A model generated the notes under the pieces. The model was not told the DNA's origin. It searched no databases and saw only the letters and a list, made by a program, of their open reading frames with translations. Position numbers and translations under genes: made by a program. A stretch of 59,141 bases of DNA, filler included, from Sphacelaria rigidula (Eukaryota), in NCBI GenBank assembly GCA_964200075.2. It is 9 parts of 9 records of this genome, joined end to end, with 100 filler letters (N's around TTAATTAATTAA, not from the genome) between each part and the next. Parts side by side here need not be neighbours in the genome. Positions count along the whole stretch, not along the records: positions 46,078 to 52,559 come from CAXNAA020019819.1; positions 52,660 to 59,141 come from CAXNAA020019820.1; 7 more parts are not named here. The stretch is one strand, 5' to 3'. Positions 46,925 through 59,141 of this stretch are shown here, one piece after another (positions within the stretch are counted from its first letter, which is position 1; every line of letters starts with the position of its first letter).

Positions 46925-49900
46925 GAGACCAAGCTCCAGGAAAAGGATGTCGACAGCGTACGTGAGCAAGACATTCTCCCGGGCTACGACTCGGCGTGGA
47001 CGTGCTCTACAGACAAAAAGGGATACGCCGGCCAAGCGGTGTTTTTTCCGAAGCAGCTGGAGCCCTGGGAAGGAGCGGGCGATGAGAAGCGAGAGTCGGG
47101 TGGGCCGGTGGGTGCATGAAAAGAGTATCCTGAATAGTACACGGCAAACAAACCCACTGCGAATTTACTCATCTCCTCTCCGCTGCAATTTCCCCCCCGT
47201 GTTGAAGCACTCTCGATGCCTTGAACACTTGTCTTTGAGCCGTTGCCCGAAACAGTTTTTTGGTGGACCGTCCCGAGGGTGAAGAAGAGAGCGCCGGGGG
47301 GAGGGGGGGGGCGTACTCATTTGTTGCTTGGGGGAGGGGGGGGGGGGGGTATATTTAGATCGAGCAAATAATTCATACTTTCGACGACAAGCGGAGTAAT
47401 CACATCGCCAATGAAAACTAGGATGGGTTCTGTACGAGAGGACTAGAGTTGACCACGTATTGCGCAGCCAAGCCGTGTATGAGCACCCCCCTAGCAACCA
47501 GTAGTCGACTTGAACACGTCAAAAGAGGAGGTGGTTTTGTGCAGTCGTCGCCACCGCCCACAATTGGTTGCCAAGATATCTGCACATTATCGACTACGGA
47601 TTGATTATTGCAAACGAACACGCACAAAGTATTGTTGCCTGCAAGAGCTCACGATGTTGATGTCTATGGGTGTCTCAGCAGCAGTGGCAGTGAATGTATG
47701 GACCTGATGGAATGGTCAACAGTCACCGTTGCAAAAAATGTACCCCTTGACGTGGCTAAAGAAGTGGCCAATGACTCCGGTACACTATAAAAGTGGTTCT
47801 CGTGCAGTAGAAGATACTTCGTAGGAAGATATGCCCCCCCTTCGTGCAAATAGGCGTGTTATGGTACACAGAAATTTGGGTGTTTTTTCTCAATAAGTCA
47901 AATTTATTCATTTCGAAGGGATATTGCAATCGGAACGGATCAAGGCTTGCTATGTGTCTGTCCCAGCCGGTGCTCACCCCGCCCTATGGGGGAGTAACGC
48001 TACTGAGCACCGCAGGGAAAACATTATGTCGGAATATGAACGATGGAGTGAGAATGATGCCAGAGAAGAAAAAATCAGCGAGGGGCAAGCAGTGTTGACA
48101 CCAAATCATAGCTGCGTAGACCATGTGTACACATTAGGTGAGGTTGTTCGAGGTAGGGAAGACGCCGGGCTAACGACGCACTGTGTCTCTCTAGACGTAC
48201 AGAAGGTCTGTGGCGCAGTGTGGAGAAATGGGCTCTGGTAAAAAGGTGCGGGAAACTGGTATCAGATGACTTTGGTTGGTGGAAGTTGGGGCCTTGAGTC
48301 TCGCCCGTAGTCGGACCCTATCTTCATTTCTACTGGGCCTCGCGCGTCGAGTTGGAAAGCCGGGTGCCACCCCCTGAAGTGCGAATGGCTACCTGCGGCA
48401 CCGGACCTTCTTTGGTTAGCCATATGCACTCTCTTTCTTCTTTATTATTTACCCCTGTTTTGCTTGTATCGCGCTCTGTGAGTTTTAATCTAGGTCTATC
48501 TTGTTCTTTTGGTTTTGTTTGATTTCCTCATACCTTGTTATAGGTAGCTAGCCTGTGACCACGGAAGGCGTCCGCATCAGATGCCCAGTACGAATGTACC
48601 GCGCAAATATCGGAACGGTTTTTTAATGTGAAGACAAGAACAACAAGATGAAAGTGTGGAATATGGTGACAAAGATGACAGAATGTACGAGACGTGCTTG
48701 ATGCTAGATGGAGAAATATCGAAATATGTTGACAGCTCACAAAACGTCTCGCACGGAGTTGCACAAAGACATACGTGATATCACCTACTGTTTCAAAGGT
48801 ATTTATTTATGATATGATAGTAGCAGTAGAAACAGTGAAGCAAGGGGTCAGGGTGGGGAAATTACGGTATCGGGATTGAGGTTCGCGGATGATTTCGTTG
48901 GGAGATGAGAAACACCAAAATAACCGCCACAGAAATAAACAGGAGAGGCGCTGGAATACGCTAGGGAATGGAGAGTGACAGCGAACGCAAACGAACGCGC
49001 GGTGATAGTTATATGTTACCAAGATAGGGAAAATCCAGTAGATTTCGAATACAAATGTGGAGAAGAAGAATTACCAATCGTAGACGAGTATACATATCAT
49101 GGCATAGATATGTGAAAAACTGTCCTTGGGATGCACATAGAGATGAAGTCATAGGAAAGGGTGAGGCATAGGTGGGCAAGCTGGACGTGATCTTAAGACA
49201 CTGGCACTTCGATACTAGGATGAAGACATGTATTCTGATGAACGTGATTGTACCGACGCCAGGGTATGCAGGAGAAGTATGAGCAGGCAAGGCGAAGTTG
49301 GCGGAGCAGCTGGAAACAGTACAGATGATGACAGCAGCTGAGAAAAGACTTGGATGCTCGAAAACGAACCACTAATGCAGTATTGAGCACAGAATTAGGA
49401 ATGTACTCACTTGAAACAAACGATAGACACGAGAGAATTGAAATGGCGATATAACGTAAGGAGCATGCCAAGGACGAGATTGCCAGCCACAGTTGATGGG
49501 CTGCATGAAAGAAAGTGACGAAAGGGCAGGCGGGAATAAGGTGGGATAGCGTAGTCGAGAAAGTATGGAAGGATATAGGAGGAAACCAAGACGATATAAT
49601 GTCCATACGTGAACGTGGGGGATACATGACAAAAGTAAGCGGTATGATGAAATAATGGGAAGGAAAGCTTCAAGACGAAAGGCGGACGAGGAAGAGCATC
49701 TGAAGATATACGGGGATTTGAGGGATTGGATAGGGATGAAAACATATCTGCACGGCCCTTCCAACTACTCGAAAAGGTCCCAAGTGCGATTTCGGGTGGA
49801 CCTGCCATAAAGAAGAAGTACGTATGCCAGTAGTCGGGTGGAGGAGGGAGTAGATGCATAGAATTGCCCCCGTGGCGAATCAATTGAGAGTAGAACTCAC

Positions 49901-51374
49901 ATGGTGGCAGATTGTGACGTATATAAGGAGGAACGGCACGTGTTGGAAGTAAACGAAGGTGGCATGAAATCGTTCGCCACGTGAGATAGCAACGAGGGCT
50001 GTACTAGTATAAAGATGGTGGCCACAGACGGCGAAACAGGAAGGGGATAAGACGTGTAAAGGGTTTGGTGTAATTTATGGGGGAAACGTGATGAGCGCCC
50101 GAATGTTGGAGGTGTCCCTATGAGGAGTAGGAACGATGCTCCGTCTCGAAAGGGGTGCGTGGTCAATGGTCAAGTGACTACGGCAGGCAACAACTGAGTA
50201 CACCCGCCCCACAGCCCCCCCACCCACACTCTCATGCACACCCCTGTTTGACCACCGTCTCGTGTGTCCCGCAGCCCGCCAAGAAGCAGAAGCAAGTAAA
50301 GATGTCGGCGTTTTTCTCTCCCAAGGAGCCGAAAAAGTCCAAGCCGGTGGCCGCTCCGGCTTCAGCCGCCCCGTCCCCCGCCGGAGGTCGCAGTGGACAG
50401 AGAGTATTGGGTGTTCGGTTCGGTATCGGGGACGCTGAGCACGACGGGCAAGGACGCTCCATCACCGTCGAGTACGAGAAGGTGGGGCAATGGCGCAAGA
50501 AAACAGCGAGGTATCTCACCACGCGCGGGTGATTCTTTCGTGCCGTTAGTGGTGGTGTCGTCCGCATCTGTTGACCTTTTGGTTGTGCTTGCCGTTCGTG
50601 AACTTATCGTTGTTATCGTTGTTGTTTTTGCTGCTGCTGCTGCTGCTGCTGCTACTGGTGCTGCTACCGCTGCTGCTGTTGAAGTTTTCAAGGGTCGGAC
50701 GAATAATGAGTCGTCTGGACATTACTTGTTTTTAGTATACTTGATTTGACTCGTGACCAATCAATCCCTAGGCTTTATTTCAGTGTTGCAACCCAGGTAC
50801 ACGCAGCCCAGACACGTAGAATGGCGCAAACGTTGCGTGGATACCCCTTGGACCAGCGATCAACTTTTTCCTCCCTTTTGGGCAATCAGGGCGAAGAAAT
50901 CGTGAATTTGGTGATTCTTAGTCATGATTCGTCCTAACCGTGGAAGTTTCACACCATGATTTTCCCGTGTTCTCGCGTGGTGTCCCTTTGTCATCGTGCC
51001 CTACTGCCCCCCTCCCCCCCCTTCCCCCTTCGTATGTGTGTGTTTCGATCGGTTTGAGTAATGCTATAATAGTCAGAGTCATAACATCAGCCAAGTGCCC
51101 CTCACGTTTTTACCACAAAATTCACCCTCTCCAATCCACTCGCTCTGCCCGCACGCACCCACCCACCCTCACCGATCCTACTTCCGCCCCTGATTCGGGT
51201 TTGGTTTGCGCAGTTTTTCGTGCTGACGCTGTACGTACCCAACTCGGGCATGAAGCTGGAGCGGCTGTCGTACCGTACAGAGAAGTGGGATCCGGCGTTG
51301 CGGAAGTACGTGGAAAAACTAGAGGGAGAGGGCAAGCCAGTCGTGGTCACCGGAGACCTCAACGTTGCGCACTT
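46925..51374 (+). CDS. APE1/exonuclease III-type AP endonuclease, partial; exons 46925-47107, 50275-50481, 51214-51374
   Basis: Phase-0 GT-AG junctions. EEP motifs: (Q)ETKLQ, CSTDKKGYAGQAVF, FGIGDAEHDGQGRSITVEY, YVPNSG, LERLSYR..WD, KPVVVTGDLNVAH. Confidence 0.93.
47985..50205 (+). mobile_element. Degenerate 5'-truncated non-LTR retrotransposon (LINE) in the AP endonuclease intron, interrupted by an insertion at ~48265-48650
   Basis: RT motifs GVTLLSTAGKTLC, PNHSCVDHVYTLG..LDVQK...VWRNGLW and FADDFVG (~48882) carry stops and frameshifts. The 3' end ...GCTCCGTCTCGAAAG...GAGTACAC precedes a C-tract. Confidence 0.9.
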
Positions 51375-53549
51375 GTGAGTTGGAACCGTCCATGTTGATA
51401 TGTTTCACGACGCACAGTAAACAAGTATCAGTCGCTTGTGCCCAGTCAGTTGTATGTTTCTAATGACGACGAGCCTACGTAGTACTTACTGACAGTGTGT
51501 GTGTGTTTTCTTCTGGACGTCTATAGCTTCCGGTGTATGTAAACGCACCAGCCGAGGTTCCATGTCATTTTTTTTTCTCCTTCTGCACAGTCCTTTTGCG
51601 GCGCTCGGGCTTATTTTCATTGCGAGGACGGTTTTGGTCGTCGCTTCCCCTTGTCGACAGTTGAATCGAATTTGTTTACTCAAGAAGTAATCGCTTGTTC
51701 TACCGTGAGGCATGTTTTGACGCAAAATCAATTGGTGTGACTCTCGCCGAGGAACGTAGTCACCACCTTAAACCGTCAGAAGCTCTCAAACGTCGGACAA
51801 CTCAACTCATTGAGCTTAGTTTTCGTACAACTCAGTAACTGAGTTATACAGTGTGTGATTCAGTTAAAGTGCGACAATCAATCAATCAAATCAATTTTAG
51901 CGGTTTGCGTATGTGCACTGGCTGAGCTACACGATATAGCGCTGCGGTACCATTTTTCACCGGCTGAGTTATGTCCGGCTGAGTTATGTCGAATAACTCA
52001 GAGGTACCTCCTCCCACTTGATGGGTTATACCACATAACTGCCTTGACCTCTGAGTTGTCCGACGTGTGGAAGGTTTTCGAGGTCATTAACTGGACCACC
52101 CGTGCGGGGCGACCGACGTGTTGTCTTCATTGCGTACACGTACACATACCCCGCTTCTTTTCCTTGTCTTGTGTGGGCGGGGATCACTTCATGTACCCGA
52201 CGACATCGATCGATCAAATAATCGCTCTTGAATATCGCGCCACACTAATTTTGGTGTATGTGTGTGTTTGTGTGTGCGTTTTATCTGCAGTGAGGCCAGA
52301 TGTTATGGCAAACAGATTTTTGGCCCACGGATTGTTCACTTTTGGGACGTTTGACCCATTTTTTGACCCTCAAACAGGGGGAAATCGCCAACACACGTCT
52401 CGGGCACTTTGCATCACCCCACAGAGAGGCGCCTAGCATACTTTTCACATTCGCTTGGCTCCGAGGTTTCGAGATCGGCCGCTGAACAATAATTCGTGTG
52501 CAATAATCTGTGGTTGCCAACATACGGCAGTTTGCCCAATAATCTGTGGAGATCGCCGTNNNNNNNNNNNNNNNNNNNNNNNNNNNNNNNNNNNNNNNNN
52601 NNNTTAATTAATTAANNNNNNNNNNNNNNNNNNNNNNNNNNNNNNNNNNNNNNNNNNNNCGTTGCCAGATTCAGTCGCCTTGAGAACATGAGCACATATA
52701 TAGTAGGGTACATTTATCCCCGAATTTCTCCCGAGAACTACGTGTTAGTGTTATCAACTAGGGTTTACTATAGGATGGTGACCCAAAAAATTCGGGGGAT
52801 GGGAGGTCGGGCCTACATAAAATGCAAGTAAATTATGAAAAATTCAGGAATCCGAGCCCCGAGAACTTGGGTTTTTTTGCTTCGAAGGCTTTTTTGTGGG
52901 CCAGGGACAGGGTACACCATCTTTGCAGTGACATCACTCCCGGCAACAGCCCCCCCCCACTGGTCGTTCTGATGTGGTCGATAAATTTCGCCTCGCTCGG
53001 ATTGGACAGGTCACTCCCAGACTTGTGTATTATTATTTTGCGAACACATGGTGATGATGATGTTGGTGAGCTTCAGTCCCAAAAGGGTTAATGTTGTCGC
53101 TCTGAATGCTATGTTTCAGGGCATACACGCGGACCTTCGGGAGAATATATCAAAAATAAAGGGATGTTTACCGTGATCGATTGGATATTGAACTGATCCA
53201 CCACGCATCCAGACGTCATGTAAGATGTATGTATCCGAAGGTTACTACATTGCGGAAGCACTTGCTGGAATTCAACAAAACTCGCGTTGAAAAAGGGTGG
53301 TAAAATAAGGAAACGTTGGACTGTGCCGGGGTGATCTGATGTGATGTATTTTCGTACATTTGCGTGCTTTGTTTGTCACTTGGAGGCGGGTACTCTGTAC
53401 GCATACGGCTTGATATATCATATATTGTACTGTTCTTGGTGTCGCCGAACAGTGTTCTGTTCGGTACAAATCAACTATACTGCAACTTATGTGCAATGAA
53501 TGCAGACGTCTTTTGCCTTGTCGTGTGGACGTGTGTGTTGGTATGTTAG

Positions 53550-56500
53550 GTGGAGACAGGCACTTTATCCGTTGGGGATAGCGTTCTTTGTAAGGTGGAC
53601 TACGAAAGGCGGTCGAATGTGGCGCCCAACCACACGATGACCCACGTGCTCAACTTCGCTCTCCGAAAGGTTAGTCGGTCAGGGTCAAATCTCTAGATTC
53701 AGCGACACATGTGTCACGAACCATAATATGCGTAGATGAACCGCACTTTCGTTTTCTTCCTTTATTTCGTGTGTACAACGTCACTTATAACGTTTGTCCT
53801 CATTCTGCAGAGTTGGCGGTTGAGGTATCCTGCCTAAGAGTGCGATGTCCAGATAGCTTGAGTGGTAACCTTCTTCCCCGGCCTTGCTTTCAAGGCCCCC
53901 TGACTGAAGCCCTGTCAGGTTTGTATTCGGGGAGCGTCACTAGTGATTACCATGACGTCCATGCCAGTTCGTTCATTCTGTTTGTTTATTACTTTCTTTT
54001 TCAGTTTGCCCTTCGTTCTTGAGGTTATTGAGGTTATTGAGGTTCTCGAGTTTCCCTCGGTCGATGTTTTTGTTTTTCACAAGCCGGGGTGTTGATCACG
54101 TTCATCTCGTGTGACCACGGCTGTAATCGTGACGAAATGAGGTCATGTTGATTGTGCGACAAACGATGTACTTGACTCTACTGTACTGCATACTTGTGCG
54201 CTTGTGTGATTTTGCAGGTGCTCTGCGGCGGAGTGATGAAGGCGGGCGACGGAATGTGCGATCAAATGGGATCGTTCGTAGATGACGAGAAGCTCCGCTT
54301 CGACTTCTCGTGGTCGGGGGCGCTCTCCCCGGAGCAGGTGCAGTTGATCATGACAGTGTACGTTTACTCGAATGAAAATATGAGGTAGGATGACATTATG
54401 TTGTAATGCGTCTCCCATGTCTTGAGACAAACATACCAAGCCCTTTAAACGCCCATATTTTCTGTTCTGAGATTTAATTTGCTTACAAGTAATGACTTTT
54501 GGAGGAGAGTGTTTAGTTTTCATTGGCGTAGATGGATGCTGAAAACACGCGGGGTGCTTGGTTGAAGTGTTGCACGATGAAGCAGTCTTAACCAATAGAC
54601 GTACGGGGCAGCCTTGTGCGATGGTTTAGGGCAGGAATAGTGAGTGATGCATCAACAAAAAAAAAGGAAATGTTTCTACCAACAGAGAGCGCATTTTTTC
54701 TTTTGTTCTTGTTGATGCGTTGTTCTGCTCTGCCTGCTGACACCCTCTTCGTACGTATATGGCCACGCATGTATCATGCAGCTAGTGCTGTAAGGTATGC
54801 TATGGGCCTGATATGTCTTTTCGTGCTGGTAATATGTCATACACTTTGGCTGGCGCGATTTCCATGGCTGTTTCTGCTGCGCTGAAACCGCAGTACGCTG
54901 CTTGCCGGGGCTCATTCACGAAGAAGTAGAGCACGCAGCATGTGCGTGGCAGCGACCCTTTCTATTCATGCAGGCGAGATATTTCCCGTGAGAACAACCA
55001 TTTCGAAGCCTCCCCCAGAAGCCTGCCCGTCTAGCGTCCGGCGACGGTCCGGACATTCAGGGGGTCATGGACACGGTTTTTTGTTGTTGTTGTGTTCCAG
55101 TTTTGGCTTGCAAGTCATCGATCGTTTGCTGTTTTTCCATTCTTCCGTCACAAGTAATCGGTTGTAGTTGAAGTAGTTGTAGTTGTTGCTGTTGTCGTCG
55201 CTTTGTTGCTTGTATCCGAGATCCGAGGTTTTCGGCAGGAATGCCCAAACAGCGACGCAAAGTATACCTCGAAGTGCTTGTTCTTCTTTTCGCCTTCTGC
55301 CGTTGCCTTTGCCTTTGTTCCTCCCCCCGTGCTCCGTCTCGAAAGAGATTCGTGGTCAATGGTCCCACGAGTAAGGCAAGCAGCAAATGAGTACGCCCCC
55401 CTCCCCCCTATACTACTCTCACTCATGGTCTTGTTTCAATTTTCATGATGCAAAAGGTGGCGGAAGTGGAGGATGTTGTGAACGAAAAGATCAAGAAGGA
55501 GCTCCCCGTGCACGCCGAATTGGCTTCCCTCGATCAGGTGATGACGAATCAACACACGAGCAGGTATAGATGGATGAACGTACTGCTCAAGAGGACGCGG
55601 AAGAAAGAACGAGTACTTTGCACGCGATATTTACCGCCAGCAGCTAAGGGCAACATGAGTGTAACGTGCCGCCAGCTCGGAGCTTCCCGCGAGTTTGGCG
55701 TGGATACGCTGTTGAGTATACATCGGGCTCTCACGCCGCATCGCCGCATGGTGCACAGCATCGCGCAGGCCGTGTTTTGGTTTGTATCGACCTCATGAAA
55801 ACCACGCCATACTGCAGCCGTAGCACCCCATGTACCGTGTCTTCCGTGCCGTTTGTACTGCGTTAATCAAAACAGGCGAAGCGCATCGGGTCCCTGCGAA
55901 GCGTATTCGGCGAGAGGTACCCGGATCCAGTGCGCGTCCTCTCCGTGGGTCAGGATGTGAGTTGGACCACAATACGTTGGCTGAGTGCTGACATTTAGTA
56001 TTCCGTGCTATACTATGCATGCACATCTTGGAGTACTGGTGCCCGTGAAACAAGCGTTACATGCATGAAAAATATACATCATTACAGTAGGTTCGAGCAG
56101 AGGCAACAATTACGGACATGTTGGGCATACTGCAAGCTACATGTATAATTGACTATCGAGATGACTGCAGACACATCTGTCGCCCGCACATAACCATGTA
56201 TACTGCACGCGTGGCTAAAACATGTGCATGTTGATGGTGTCGCCACAAGGCATGAACATGAACATGACACCGTTTGTGGTGCAGTAGCAGCTGTCTGTAC
56301 TGACGGCTCGTGCTTGTGTCCATGTACATGTACATACGTACAAGAGCCAGCCACGTGATCAACCATGTGTGTCATTTCCGAAGCTTCCACGGGTGTGCGG
56401 GCCTGACAGCACGGTATTTTGGCGAATGCATTTGATGAAAAATAGTGACAAATCTTGGATGGAGAATCGTCAGTACTCGTCTGTCCAGATACTCGGAGTT

Positions 56501-57044
56501 CCAGAGTGGTCAAATTGTGTTGGGGTTCTTGAAACAAACGGAAATCGTTTCAATATTCTGTGCTGCACTATCCAATGGTGCTAGTGCCTCCCTCGTACGG
56601 GATAACGGTTAGGTACAGCACAAGAGCGGTGAAACGAAGCAGGGTCGTGTTTCAAATCATGAATCTCGTGGAGGAGTGGTTGTTGATCTCACAGTAGTAT
56701 TTGTGCGGGAAAATGACGCGTGCGCAGAACTGTTGATGCGGTGTGTGCTCCGCCCCCCCCTCCCCCCCCCAAGAGTGGTGGGTACGGGGGTGGTGATATG
56801 ATGTAGGGTTTAATTCAGTTTAGTGGGGGGTGATGGAGTAACGGAAGAGCTTGGGTGAGAAGCCGACATGCAGATACGATTGATGCCAAGACGAAGTCCT
56901 TCCCCCCTCTTTCGTTTCTCGCAGGTACCTACGATGCTGAAAGAGCCAGATAACCAAGATTGGGCCGAAGTTTCGGTGGAATTTTGCGGGGGAACCCATT
57001 TGAGCAACACCAGAGAAGCCGAGGCGTTCGTCCTCATGTCCGAG
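53550..57044 (+). CDS. AARS: Alanyl-tRNA synthetase editing domain, partial; exons 53550-53669, 54218-54337, 55457-55537, 55876-55956, 56925-57044
   Basis: All junctions are phase-0 GT-AG. Motifs: [70 protein letters not shown] (HxxxH and CxxxH zinc ligands). Confidence 0.96.
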
Positions 57045-59141
57045 GTGAAGTTCAACGTTGTCAGACTAGTACGCGTCCACGGCTATGCCCATAGTCAACT
57101 AGTAAATGCTAATCAGTTCGAAATGAAATTTCATCATTTCCCGGAAAAAAAGTGTCTTCGAATCTCGGCAGTCACGGCTTTCATCTGGTTTCCGCCGTTC
57201 GAAACGAGAGAGTGAAGACTGACAAATATAACGGAACTTCCACGAGTGCTTGAGTACGTTTATCGTGTGACCACCGCCCAACCCCTGGCGGATGAGGTGA
57301 TGTGGGACAATCGTTAAGCAGTCGATCGATCACTGAGTGTCGACCAACTTTTGGAGTGCTGATCCAGTGCTGGATTGTAGAACGCAAGGCGGGTACCGTA
57401 AATGGAGAAATGACTTGATCCCTTGAGACTCTGGACCCGTCCTGGAGGGGTGGGGATGGAGGCTTACAAGTGATTCATTGATTGATTCTTGCACATTAAA
57501 TGATTATTTACGACTTTAGCCGCCATGGTCAGTCGCATAACAGGCGTACTGAAGTTGGAATATAACGGGAGCACTCGTTGAAGGGAGGTGGAGAATGTGT
57601 GGAAGTAAAATATCACATGTATGTACATAACGAGTATATATACTAAATGTGTGTATATGAAAATCGCTCTCCATCATTGTAGTGCTAACGAAGGCGATGA
57701 GCGTGGTGGAGGGAGCCCCTACGGCATTCAGGTCGGAGACTGTTCCACTTGTTACATCTCCTCCCGTGGTCTGATTTGATCTGTGTTGTCACCACGGCTG
57801 ATTTTGAAGCTGACCGGTGGGTATCGTGATGTCGGAATAGCGGACGATCAATCCTGTGAAGGCACAGGCTGCACTACTTCACTCTGCACAGGTAGATACA
57901 GGAACATCCTTGGCGCCGCAGCACTTTACTGCACACACTGGTATGTAGGTCATTTTTTTTACCCGTCATTCGTTAGTTTTGAACCATTCTCCTTCGTCGG
58001 GACGAGTCGGTAATCTGAAGGGATGAATCCGTCTCTCGTCCTCCCCGCTACATACACTGCGGGTTGGATCAGCGCCTCCGCGTCGCGCCGACTTTGGTTA
58101 CATTTATTTTCTCCTCAAGTCCCCACGCTTCAAACGACGTAACACGTGAATCAGATACTCCTCGGAAAAAAAGGAGGCTCAAAATTTCGTCTTGTGAGAA
58201 TCGGAGCCCTTATGTGCACTTGTGAGGTGTTGTTTGGTGTGGACGTGGCGCGCTTCCTCGCAGTGCACCGTTTTTTAGCGGAGCAAGGCCATCGTCACAA
58301 GAGATCTTGATGGGTTGAGCAGACGACGTACCTCAGTGGGGCGCTGCATCGCCGTGCTTTTCACTATTCATTCAGACGTCACCCGCTGGGGTACAGCTCT
58401 ATCTGAACCTTCGCCATCTGAATCTCAGCCCTAAACCCCAACTGTGGAGCTTACAACATAGAGCCGCGGAGGGTTAGGGTCAGATTAAACACTGGCTACT
58501 ACAGTACTGGTTCCCGGACCGTTCCTGTCGGTACTTTGTACTGAACCCCACTGACTCTTACCAGGCTGGTTGACTATATGCCCGCGAATCCACGTATGAG
58601 ATCTATGTCCAATACATGATCTGCACACCCCCTACTCCTGCGTGACCGGTTCTGCGTTGTACCAATTAGACCACCGGATCGCGGCGGGGAGTTGAATAGT
58701 ACAGTGACTACTATCGTCTCTCCCCCTCCCCATCCCATAAAGCATGATGGCGAGTAGGTGCGGGAGCAGGGCAACAAACCCGGATTCTTCACTCTCGTGG
58801 TAACTTGGTTGGTAGGTGAAGACATGGTATGACTTGAGGGAGAGACCTACGGTTTATACGTGCGATGGTCGTTACGTCATCGTAGTTCGAAACAAGACAA
58901 AATATGAAAACAATCATGAACCGTCCATTTCAAAGTATATATACTCCCCCCCCCTCCCTATCCCCTCCCCCCCCGACACCCATGAGGCAGTGTATAAGCC
59001 ATGGTTATCTTTGAAAGTGGCGATACCAGACAATGAAGCAACTCATTGTAGGCTGTCATCGGAATGCAAGATAATCAGTATAGTCTTTGGGCCGAACAAT
59101 CTTAGCAGGATGCAGCTCACCCTTCATGCGACTCACCGAAC

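Noticed and set aside
43695..57044. Functional cluster of EsV-1-7, AP endonuclease, RT and AlaRS
   Set aside because: These lie on separate contigs. The RT is a decayed LINE in an intron, and the endonuclease is a spliced host APE1 rather than the LINE's own endonuclease.

Overview
Eukaryotic, intron- and repeat-rich DNA, most likely from a brown alga (Phaeophyceae, Ectocarpus-like). This rests on an EsV-1-7 repeat gene, short GC-rich exons separated by kb-size introns, and TTAGGG runs. The window is not one locus. It is nine unplaced contigs of 6483/6482 bp (1-6483, 6584-13066, 13167-19649, 19750-26231, 26332-32813, 32914-39395, 39496-45977, 46078-52559, 52660-59141), joined by artificial N44-TTAATTAATTAA-N44 spacers, so adjacency across spacers has no biological meaning. 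Genes supported by phase-consistent GT-AG splicing are all partial: an RBR (RING-IBR-RING) E3 ligase, an RPAP1/IYO-like protein, an APE1/ExoIII AP endonuclease with an internal PIP-box insertion, and the editing domain of alanyl-tRNA synthetase. There is also a likely first exon of a secreted protein and one complete single-coding-exon gene with ten EsV-1-7 repeats. The rest is LINE remnants, tRNA-derived SINE-like elements and MITE/foldback elements (piggyBac-, Harbinger- and hAT-like). The most unusual items are: (1) an intronic ~510-bp element capped at both ends by loop-less palindromes made from a tRNA-like head; (2) the TALE-like variable-residue pattern of the EsV-1-7 array; (3) a ~26-bp motif shared by otherwise unrelated elements in five contigs; (4) a recurrent 15-bp linker at MITE junctions; (5) retroelement 3' ends lying in C-tracts just upstream of splice acceptors. 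All family assignments come from motif recognition by eye, not from database searches.
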